Of a DNA stretch of 64,000 nt, positions 1 to 12,000 are shown in pieces. The notes under the pieces were generated by a model. The model was not told the origin of the DNA. It saw only the letters and a list, made by a program, of their open reading frames with translations, and ran no database searches. Numbering within the stretch: position 1 is the first letter of the stretch; each line of letters starts with the position of its first letter. Source of the stretch: the human T2T-CHM13v2.0 reference genome, Homo sapiens; the NCBI RefSeq assembly GCF_009914755.1, contig NC_060933.1. One strand, 5' to 3'. The position numbers and the translations under genes are program-made.

Positions 1-3000
1 CTTTTTGGGATGTTTTGCCTGGACACCCAGGAATTTCCATACATCTTCCAAAATCTATAGAGAGGTTTCCAAGCCTCTAGTCTCACACTCCGTCCACCAG
101 TGGCTTAACATTATGAGGATGTTACCAAGGCTTCTAGCCTGCATCCTCTGAAGCAGTGACCTGAGCTGTACCTGTGCATCTTTCAGCCATGGCTGGAGCT
201 TGAGCTGCAGGGATGCAGGCAGCAGTGTTCTGAGGCTGCACATAGAGGAGGCTCATGGAACTGGCCAAGGAAACCATGCTTCTCTCCTAGGCCCCAGGGC
301 CCACAATAGCAAGGGCTGCTGCAAAGGTCTCTGAAATGCCTTCAAGGCCTTTTTCCCTATTATCTTGTCTATTAGCACCGGGCTCCTTTTCATGCAAGTT
401 TCTGAAGCCTTCCTCAATTTTCCCCCTGAAAATCAGCTTTTCTTTTTGACCACTTGGCCAGGCTCCAAATTTTCCTAAATTTGAGTTCTGAGAGACGGGA
501 CTCATTTAATGTAAGTCCCATCCAGAGGTCATTTCCTCCATCACACATAAGAGCACAGGCTGTTCCATGGGGACAGGACACCTCTTGAGATTTGCTGCCC
601 AGTTCATTCCACCAGATACTCAGTAAGTCATCACCCTCAAGTTCAGTTTCACAGATCTCCAGGGCAGGGTCACCGTGCAGCCACATTCTTTGTTAAGGCA
701 AAACAAAAGTCACTTTGGCTTCTGTTCCCAGTAAGTTCCTCATTTTCATTTGAGACCTTCTAAGTCTGGCTTTCACTCACCATTTTCCTGTGAGCCTTCT
801 GGTCACAAGTATGTAACAATTCTTTACAAAGATCCAAACTTTCCCTCAACTTCTTGTCTGCAAAGCCCTCCAAACTCTCTGAACTCTGTCTGCTACCCCC
901 TTCTGAACCTGCTTCTACATTATCAGCTATCTTTGCTGCAGCCTGACAATGTAGTAAGGGAAGACAAGTCCATTTTCAGGGGGAAAATTCAAGAAGGGTT
1001 CAGAGACTTCAATGAAAAGAAGCTGAGTGCTCACTCCCAAGACAATAGGGAAAAGGCCTTGAAGACATTTAATAGACCCACTTTGCAGTACTAATTTTCT
1101 CTATGATCATAAAGAAGAGGTTTACTTGGCTCATGATTCTGCAGGCTATAAGGAAGTATAGTGGCTTCTACATCTAAGAGGAATCAGGAAGCCTCCCAGT
1201 CATACCAGAATGTCAAGGGGCAATGAGATGATTCATGTGGCAGGAGGAGGAGCAAGACAGGGAGAGGAGAGAGGTCCCACACCCGATTATACAACCAGAT
1301 CTCATGAGAACTCACTATCACAAGGTCAGCATCACAAAGATGGTGCTTAACCACTGGTGAAGGATTCGCCCCCTACCCCCAACTCCCACTATTTCCAGGC
1401 AGAAGCCTGAGGCAGAGGCAGAGCCTCTTGGAAAACTCTACTAGGGAAGTGTGGAAGGGAAATATGGGCTTGGAGCACCCACACAGATGGCCACCAACCT
1501 CCAGACCCCAGATTCATAGACCCACCAACAGCTCACACCTTGTGTGGAAAAGCTACAGGCACTCAACACCAGCCCAGCCCATGAGAGCTGCGGCAGGGGC
1601 TAAACCCTGCAAAGCCACAGGTGCATTGCCCTAGTAGAGGGTTTCCCATGAGCCTCTGCCTCTGCAGCAGGCTGCTCCCCCTTCCTCCCACCCACCACCC
1701 TCCCACCACCCTACTGCCAGCCTACTCCTCCCCACCCTAACCAACCCTTTTCCTTCCACCCCAACCCCTTCCAGTCCATGATTAAATCATCTCCCCCAGG
1801 CCCCAACTTCAACATTTGGAATTAAAATTCCACATGAATTTTTATAGGGACACACAGCCAAACCATATTATTCTGACCCTGCTATCCCAGAATCTCATGT
1901 CCTTATCACAGAGTAAAATACAATCATGCCTTTTCAAAAGTTCCAACAGCCTTAACTCATTCCAAATGTAAAAAGTTCAAAGTCTCACCTGAGACAAGGC
2001 TACTGTCCCTTCTGCATATGAGTCCCTGAATTTAAAAGGGATTTCTTTTCTTTCAAGGTACAATGATGGTACAGGCATTGTGTAAGCTTTCCCAATCCAA
2101 AGGGAAGAAATTTCCCATAAAAATAACACATATGGGACCACAGGCCTAATGCAAGTCCAAAACCCAGCAGGACAGTATTCACTCAATCTTTAAGCTCCAT
2201 AATCATCAAGAGAACTCACTATCATGCAGACAGCATTAAGGAGATAGTGATTAACCATTTGTGAAGAATCCACCCCCCTATCCTCATCTTTCACCCCCAC
2301 CCACAAAATAATCTCCCCCATTCTCCCCAAACCCCTACCTCCAACCCCCACTCTTCTCCATGATTAAGTCACCTTCAACCAGGCCCCAACTTTAACATTC
2401 CCCATTACGATTCCACATGAGTATTGGTAGGGACACAGAACCAAATCATATTATTCTGGCCTTTGGTCCCCAAATCTTGTATCCTTGTCACACTGCAAAA
2501 TACAATGATGACTTCTCTACTGTCCCCCAATGACTTAACTCATTCCAGCATTTACTGAAAAGTCCAAGGACTTACAGACCCCATGAAGTCAAAAACCCAG
2601 CAGGCCAGTCATTGAATCCTGCAGCTCCAAATCATCTTTTCTGAATCTACATCTCACATCTAGAGCACAGGCATGTGATGGCTGGGCTCCCAAGGCCTTG
2701 GGCAACTCTGCACCTGTGGATTTGCATGATATATCCCCCACAGCTGCCCTCATGGGCTGGGCTGTGTTGAGTGCCTGTGGCTTTTCCACACTAAGGGTGC
2801 CAGCTGTTGGTGCATCTATGAATCTAAGGTCTGGAGAATGGTGTCTCCATATTTAGGGACTCCAACCCCATTTTCTCCTTCTGTACTGCCCTGGTAAAGG
2901 TGTGCCATGAGGCTCTGCCTCTTGGAAAAGCTTCTGCCTGAACACCCAGGTTTTTCCGTACATACTCTGGAGTCTAGACACAGGCCCCCAAGCCTCTAGT

Positions 3001-6000
3001 TTTGTGCTCTGTGCAGCTGCTGGCTTAACACTATGTGAAAGACACCAAGGCTTGGAACTTGCACCCCTGAAGCAGGGATGCAAACTCTACCTGTGCATCT
3101 TTCAGCCATGACTGGAGTTGGAAATGGAACTGCAGGGATGCAGGCAGCAGTGTCCTGAGGCTGCACATAGAGGGGGCTCATGGAACTGGCCCAGGAAACG
3201 ATGCTTCTCTCCTAGGCCCCAGGGCCTGTGACAGCAAGGGCTGCTGCAAAGGTCTCTGAAATGCCTTCAAGGTCTTTTCCTTATTGTCTTGGCTATTAGC
3301 ACCGGGCTCCTTTTCGTGCAAATTCCTGAAGCCTTCTTGAATTTTCCCACTGAAAATCAGCTTTTCTTTCTGACCACTTGGCAAGGCTGCAAGTTTTCCA
3401 GACTTTTGAGTTCTGTTTCTCATTTAATATAAGAGTTGTGACTCATTTAATGTAAGACCCATCCAGAGGTCACTTCCTCAGTCACACAAAAGGGCACAGG
3501 CTGTTTGATGCAGACAGGACACCTCTTGAGCTTTGCTGCCCAGAAGTTCATTCCACCAGATACTCACTAAGTCATCACCCTCAAGTTCAAAGTTTCACAT
3601 ATCTCCAGGGCAGGGTCAATGTGCAGCCACATTCTTTGCTACAGCAAAACAAAACTAACCTTGGCTCCTATTCCCAGTAAGTTCCTCATCTTCATCTGAG
3701 ACCTTCTAAGTCTGATCTTTACTGTCTATTTTCCTGTGAGCCTTCTGATCACAAGTATTTAACAATTCTTTACAAAGATCCAAATTTCCCCTCAATTTCT
3801 TGTCTTGGAAGCCCTCCAAACTCTCCTGAACTCAATCTGCTACCCTCTTCTGAACCTGTTCCTGCATTATCACCTATCTTTGTCAAAGCCTGGCAATGTG
3901 GTATGGAAGACAATTCCATTTTCAGGGGGAAAATTCAAGGAGGATTCAGAGACTTGAATGAAAAGAAGCTGAGTACTGATAGCCAAGACATGGGGGAAAA
4001 GGCCTTGAAGACACCTAATAGATCTTCTTTGCATTAAAAATGCTCTCAATGATCAAAAAGAAAAGAAGTTTAATTGTTAATGATTCTGCAGGCTGTAAGG
4101 AGGCATACTAGTTTCTGCATCTCAGAGGACTCAGGAAGCCTCCCAATCACACCAGAATGTCAAGGGGAAATGAGATATCTCATATGCCAGGAGCAGGAGC
4201 AAGCATGAGAGAGGAAAAAGGTGTCATGCCCTATTATACAACCAGATCTCATGAAAACTCACTATCACCACGTCACCATCATGAAGATGGTGCCTAAACA
4301 TTGGTGAAGGATCTGACTCACACCCCAACTCCCACTGTTTCCAGGCAGAAGCCTCCTGCAGATGCAGAGACTCTAGGAAAACCACTATTATGGAAGTAAA
4401 GAAAGAAAATATGGGCTTGGAGCCCCCACGCAGGTGGCTACCAACCTCCAGACCCCAGATTCACAGACCCACCAACAGCTGGCACCCTCAGTGAGGAAAA
4501 ACTACAGGCCCTCAATACCAGTCCAGCGCATGAGAACAGCTGAGGAGCTAAACCCTGCAAACCACAGGTGCACTGCCCTAGTAGAGGGTTTTCCATGAGT
4601 CCCTCACTCTGCAGCAGGCTACTCCTCCTTCCTACTACCACCCACCCTCCCACCACTCTACTACCGACCCACTCCTCCCAATCCTACCCATCCCTTTTAC
4701 CTTCCACCACCACCAACCTCCCGTCCATAATTAAGTCACCCGCTTCAACATTAGGGATTACGATTCCGCATGAGATTCACAGGGACACACAGCCAAACCA
4801 TATTATTCTGACCCTGATATCCCAGAATCTCATGTCCTTATCACAGAGCAAAATGCAACCATGACTTTTCAAAAATCTCCAAAAGTCTTAACTCATTCCA
4901 AATGTAAAAAAATTCAAAGTCTCTCCTGAGACAAGGCTACAGTCTCTTCTGCCTATGAGTCCCTGAATTTAAAATGGAGTTCTTTTCTTTCCAGGTACAA
5001 TGATGGTACGGGCATTGGGTAAGCTTTCTCAGTCCAAAGGGAAGAAATTTCCCATAAAAATAGCACAAACGGGCCCACAGGCCCAACACAAGTCCAAAAC
5101 TCAGCGGGACAGTATTCACTCAATCCCACAGCTGCAAATATCATCAAGAGAACTCACTATCACGCAGGCGGCATTAAGGAGATAGTGTTTAAACATTTGT
5201 GAAGGATCTGCCCCCCTACCCTTACCTTTTACCCCCACCCACAAAATAATCTCCCCTATTCTCCCCACACCCCTACCTCCAACCCCCAACTCTTCTCCAT
5301 GAATAAATCACCTCCCACAAGGCCCCACATTTAACATTCACCATTACAATTCCAAATGAGTTTGGTAGGGATGCAGACCCAAATCGTATTATTCTGACCC
5401 TGACCCCCCATATCTCATGTTGTTCTCACACTGCAAAATACAATGATGCCTACTCTACAGTTTCCCAATGTCTTAGCTCATTCCAGCATTTACTGAAATG
5501 TCCAAAGCCCAAAGTCTCTTCTGAGACAAGACTGCCATCCCTTCTGCCCCTGAGCCTCTGAAATACAAAGCAAGTTAATTACCTCCAAGGTATGACTGTC
5601 CAGGCATTGAGTAAGAACCCACCCGAAAGGAAGATTGTTTGCCAGAGAGAAGAACAAAACACAAACGGGACTTACAGGTTCCCATGACATTCCAAAACCC
5701 AGCAGGCCAGTTATTCAAACCTACAGCTCCAAAATCATCCTTTTTAAATCCTTGTCCCACATCCAGGACACAAGGGCATGAGGGCTGGGCTCCCAAGGCC
5801 TTGGGCAGCTCTGCACCTGTGGCTTTGCAGTGTTCAGCCCCCGCAGCTGCCCTCATGGGCTGTGCTGCTGTTGAGTGCCTGGAGATTTTAACCCATGGAG
5901 GGTACGAAGCTTTTGATGGGTCTATGAACCTGGGGCCCGCACGATGGTGGCCTCCAGTGTGGGGGCTCCAACCTCATATTTTCCTTCTGCACTGCCCAAG

Positions 6001-9000
6001 TAGAGGTTTCCCATGAGACTCTGCTTTTTTGGCAGCCTTCTGTCTGGACACCAGGCATTTCCATACACCTTCCGAAATATATTTATATGGAGGCTCCCAA
6101 GTCTCTAGACTAGTGCTCCGTGCACCCACTGGCTTAACACTATGTAGAAGCCACCAAGGCCTATAGCTTGCACCCTCTGAAGCAGTGACCCAAGCTGTAC
6201 CTGTGCATCTTTCAGCCAAGGTCAGAGCAGGAGCCGGGGCTGCTGGGATGCAGGCAGCAGTGTCCTGAGGCTGCACACAGCAGCAGGGACATGGGGCTGG
6301 CCCAGCAAACCATTCTTCTCTCCTAGGTCCCAGGGCCTGTGACAGCAAGGGCTGCTGCAAACATCTCTGAAATGCCTCCAAGGCTTTTCCCCACAATTGT
6401 CTTGACTATTAGCACTGGCCTCCACTTTATGCAAATTTCTGGAGACTTCATGAATTTTCCCCCTGAAAATCAGCTTTTCTCTTTGACAACTTGGCCAGGC
6501 TGCAAATGTTCCAAACTTTTGAGCTCTGCTTGTCATTTAAATATAAGTTCCAACTTGAGGTCATTTCCTTGGTCACACATGAGAGCGCAGGCTGTTTGAT
6601 GCAGACAGGATCCCTCTTGTGCTATGGTGCCTAGAAGTTCATTCCACCAGATATGCACTAAATCCTCACCCTCAAGTTCAAAGTTTCACAGATCTCAAGG
6701 GCAAGGTCGCCCTGCAGCCACGTTCTTTGCTACAGCAAAACAAAAGTAACCATGGCTCCTGTTCGCAGTTAAGTCCCTCATTTTCATCTGAGACCTTGTA
6801 AACCTGGCCTTCCCTGGCCTTCCTTCTGTCAGCATTTTAATCAAAACTATTTAACAAGTCCCTACAATGGTCCCAACTTTCCCTCATCTTCCTGTCTTTT
6901 TTCAAGCTCTCCAAACTCTCCAACCTCTGGCTGTTACCCACTTCTGAACCTGCTTTACATTTTCAGCTATCTTTGTTGCAGCCTGGCGCTCCTGCCTTTC
7001 ACCCGTAACCCCAAACACAATCCCAATCCCCCACAACTCTCCCCACCCCCCCCAATACCCTCCAACTCTCCCCATCCTCCCCCCCATCCAACCTCCACTC
7101 TCCACCAGGGGAAACTTCAAGAAGGCTTCAGATATTTGCGTTAAAAAGAAGCCCAGTGCTAACAGCCAGAACAGTGGTGAAAAGTCATTGAAGATATTTC
7201 ATAGCTCCACTTTGCAGTACTTATTTTCTGTGTGGTCATAATGAAAAGGGGATTCATTGGCTCATGGGTCTTCAGGCTGTAAAGAAAGCATGGTGGCTTC
7301 TGCTTCTGGGAAGACTCAGGAAGCCTCCCAATCATACCAGAAGGAAAGCAGCAATGAAATGTTTCATACGGCAGGAGTAGGAGCAAGACTCACAGAGGAA
7401 AGAGGTGCCACCGCCTGTTATACAACCAGATCTCATGAGAACTCACTATCACTAAGTCAGCATCAAGAAGATGGTGCTTAACCATTGGTGAAGGATCCAC
7501 CCCCCAACACACCTCCACCCCCTACTGTTTCCAGACAGAAGCCTGCTGCAGAGGCAGAGCCTCTTGGAAATCCTGTTCTGTGGCAGTGCAGAAGGAAAAC
7601 AAGGGCTTTGAGTCGCTCTGCAGGAGGCCGCCATCCTCTAGACCCCAGATTCGTAGACCTACCAACAGTTCACAACCTCAGTATGGAAAAGCCATAGGCA
7701 CTCAATACCAGCCCAGCCCATAAAGGCAGCCATGGGGGCTAAAGCCTGCAAAGCCACAGGTGCACTGCCCTGGTAGAGGTTTTCCATGAGCCTCTGCCTC
7801 TGCAGCAGGCTACTCTCCCTTCCTACTACCCACCACCCTCCCACAACCCTACAGCCGGCCTACTGTTCCCCACCCTACCCGCCCCTTTCTTCTTCCACCC
7901 CCACACCTCTCATCCATGATTAAATAATCTCCCACCAGGCCCCACCTCCAACATTTGGGATTACAATTCCAAGTGAGTTTTTCTAGAGGCACACAACCAA
8001 ATCATATTATGCTGACCTTGACCCCCCCCAAATCCCATGTCCTTCTCACACAGTAAAATACAATCACGCCTGTTCAAAGTTTCCAAAAGCCTTAACTCAT
8101 TCCCGCATTAACTCAAGTGTGAAAAGTTAAAAGTCTCATCTGAGACAAGGCCCTTCTGCCTATGAGTCCCTGAAATTAAAAGCACACTCCTTTCTTTCAA
8201 GGAACAATGATGGTACAGGTATTGGGTAAGTTTTCTCAATCCAAAGGGAAGAAATTTCCAAGAAAAATAACACAAGTGGGACCACAGGCACAATGGACAT
8301 CCAAAACCCAGCAGGTCAGTGTTCATTCAGTCTCACAGCTCCAAAATTATGAAGAGAACTCACTATCAGAAGGACAGCATTAAGGAGACGGTGTTTAACC
8401 ATTTCTGAAGGATCCACCTCCACCCCTGCCTTTCACCCATAACCCCACCACAATCCCCCCAACTCTCCCCATCCCCCGAAAAACCCCCCAACTCTCCCCA
8501 CCCTCCAATACCCTCCAACTCTCCCCATCCCCCCCCATCCAACATCCACTCTCCACCATGATTAAATCACCTTCCACCAGCCCCCACCTTTAACATTCCC
8601 CATTAAAATTCCACGAGTTTTGGGGGAGGCACAGAGCCAAATCATATTATTCTGTCCCTGGTCCCCCAAATCTCATGTCTTTCTCACATTGCAAAATACA
8701 ATGATGCCTTCCCTGCAGTCCCCCAAATCTTAACTCATTCCAGCATTTACTCAGGTGTCCAAAGCCCGAAGTCTTATCTGAGACAAGTCTACAGTCCCTT
8801 CTGCCCATGAGTCTCTGGATTATAAGGCAACTTCACTACTTCCAAGGTATAATGATTGTACAGGCAATGGGTAAGCCTTCTCAGCCAAAAGAACAAAAAA
8901 AAAAAACTGCTAGAAAGAAGCACAAAACACAGACGGGATTCATAGGATACATGAATGTCCAAAACCCAGCAGGCCAGTCACTCAATCCTACAGCTTCAGA

Positions 9001-12000
9001 ATCATCCTTTTTGAATCCCTGTCCCACATCCATGGTACAGGGGTGTGAGGGCTGGGCTCCCAAGGTCTTGGGCCAATCTGCACCTGTGGCTTTGCAGGGT
9101 TCGGCCCCTGCAGCGGCCCTCATGGACACGGCTGGTGTTGTGTGCCTCGTAGCTTTTCCATACTGAGGGTGCAAGCTGCTTGTGGGTCTATGAATCTGGG
9201 GTTTGGAGAATGATGCCTCCCTGTGTGGGGGCTTCAACCCTATATGTCCCTTCTTTGCTCCCCTAGTAGAGGTTTCCCAGGAGGCCCTGCCTCTTGGAAA
9301 AGCTTCTTTCCTAGACATCCAGGCTTTTCTGTGCATCTTCTGGAGTCTACACAGAGGCTCCCAAGCCTCTAGTCTCTTACTCTGTACACCTGCTGGCTTA
9401 ACACTATATGGAAACAATCAAGGCTTGGAGCCACCTCTGAAGCAGTAACCCAAGCTGTACCTGTGCATCTTTGAGCCATGGCTGGAGCTGGAACTACAGG
9501 GATGCAGCCAGCAGTGTCCTGAGGATGCACACAGCAATGGGGCCATGGAGCTTGCCCAGGAAACCATTCTTCTCTGCCAGGCCCTAGGGCCTGTGACAGC
9601 AAGGGCTGCTGCAGAGGACCATGAAATGCCTTCGAGGCCTCTTTCCCATTGTCTTGGCTATTTGCACTGGGCTTCTTTTTATGCAGATACTCTAAGCCTT
9701 CTTCAATTTTCCCCCGGAAAATCAGCTTTTCTTTTTGACCACTTGGCCAGGCTGCAGATTTTCCAAACTTTAGGTCTCCACTTCTCATTTCAATAGAAGT
9801 TCCAACTTGAAGTCATTTCTTAGGTCACGCATAAGAACACAGGCTATTCAATGCAGACAGGACACCTCGCTAGGCTGCCTAGATGTTCATTCCACCAGGT
9901 ACATCTGAAATCATCACCCCCAAATTCATAGTTTCATAGATGTCCAGGGCAGGGTCCCCGTGCAGCCACGTTCTCTGCTAAGGCCAATCAAATGTAACCA
10001 TGGCTCCTGTTCACAGGAAATTCCTAATTTTCATCTGAGACCCTTTAAGTCTGGACTTCAGTGTTTATCCTGTCAGCCTTCTGATCGCAAGAATTTAACA
10101 GTTCTCCGCAGTGGTCAAATTTTCCTCATCTTGCTGTCTTCCAAGCTTTCCCAACTCTCCTGACCTCTGTCTTTTACCCACTTCTGAACCTGGTTCTACA
10201 TTGTCAGCTATCTTTATCACAACCTGGCAGTGTGGTAAAAGAAGAAAAGTCCACTTTCAGGGGGAAAATTCATGAAGGCTCCAGATAGTTGCATGAAAAG
10301 AAGCTGAGTGCTGGTTGCCAAGACGAAGGGGAAAGGGCCTTGAAGGCACTTCATAGCTACCAGAATGCCAAGGGGCAAGGAGACGTTTCAAATGGCAGGA
10401 GTAGAAGGAAGACTGAGAGAGGAAAGCGGTGCCACACCCTGTTATATAACCAGATCTCATGAGAACGCACTATCATGAAGACAGCATCAAGCACATGCTG
10501 CCTAACCATTGGTGAAGGGACTGCCTCCCACACCCACCTCCCACTGTTTCCAGGCAGCAGCCTGCTGCAGATGCAGAGTTCTTGGGAAACCTCTACTAGG
10601 GCAGTGCAGAAGGAAAATATGGACTTCGAGCCCCCACATAGGGGGCTACCACCCTCCAGACCCCAGATTCACAGACCCACCAACAGCTGGCACCCTCAGT
10701 GAGGAAAAGCTACAGGCCCTCAATACCAGTCCAGCGCATGAGAACAGCTGAGGAGCTAAACCCTGCAAACCACAGGTGCACTGCCCTAGTAGAGGGTTTT
10801 CCATGAGTCCCTCACTCTGCAGCAGGCTACTCCTCCTTCCTACTACCACCCACCCTCCCACCACTCTACTACCGACCCACTCCTCCCAATCCTACCCATC
10901 CCTTTTACCTTCCACCACCACCAACCTCCCGTCCATAATTAAGTCACCCGCTTCAACATTAGGGATTACGATTCCACATGAGATTCATAGGGACACACAG
11001 CCAAACCATATTATTCTGACCCTGATATCCCAGAATCTCATGTCCTTATCACAGAGCAAAATGCAATCATGACTTTTCAAAAATCTCCAAAAGTCTTAAC
11101 GCATTCCAAATGTAAAAAAATTCAAAGTCTCTCCTGAGACAAGGCTACAGTCTCTTCTGCCTATGAGTCCCTGAATTTAAAATGGAGTTCTTTTCTTTCC
11201 AGGTACAATGATGGTACGGGCATTGGGTAAGCTTTCTCAGTCCAAAGGGAAGAAATTTCCCATAAAAATAGCACAAACGGGCCCACAGGCCCAACACAAG
11301 TCCAAAACTCAGCGGGACAGTATTCACTCAATCTCACAGCTGCAAATATCATCAAGAGAACTCACTATCACGCAGGCGGCATTAAGGAGATAGTGTTTAA
11401 ACATTTGTGAAGGATCTGCCCCCCTACCCTTACCTTTTACCCCCACCCACAAAATAATCTCCCCTATTCTCCCCACACCCCTACTTCCAACCCCCAACTC
11501 TTCTCCATGAATAAATCACCTCCCACCAGGCCCCACATTTAACATTCACCATTACAATTCCAAATGAGTTTGGTAGGGATGCAGACCCAAATCGTATTAT
11601 TCTGACCCTGACCCCCCACATCTCATGTTGTTCTCACACTGCAAAATACAATGATGCCTACTCTACAGTTTCCCAATGTCTTAGCTCATTCCAGCATTTA
11701 CTGAAATGTCCAAAGCCCAAAGTCTCTTCTGAGACAAGACTGCCATCCCTTCTGCCCCTGAGCCTCTGAAATACAAAGCAAGTTAATTACCTCCAAGGTA
11801 TGACTGTCCAGGCATTGAGTAAGAACCTCCATCCGAAAGGAAGATTTTTTGCCAGAGAGAAGAACAAAACACAAACGGGACTTACAGGTTCCCATGACAT
11901 TCCAAAACCCAGCAGGCCAGTTATTCAAACCTACAGCTCCAAAATCATCCTTTTTAAGTCCTTGTCCCATATCCAGGGCACAAGGGCGTGAGGGCTGGGC

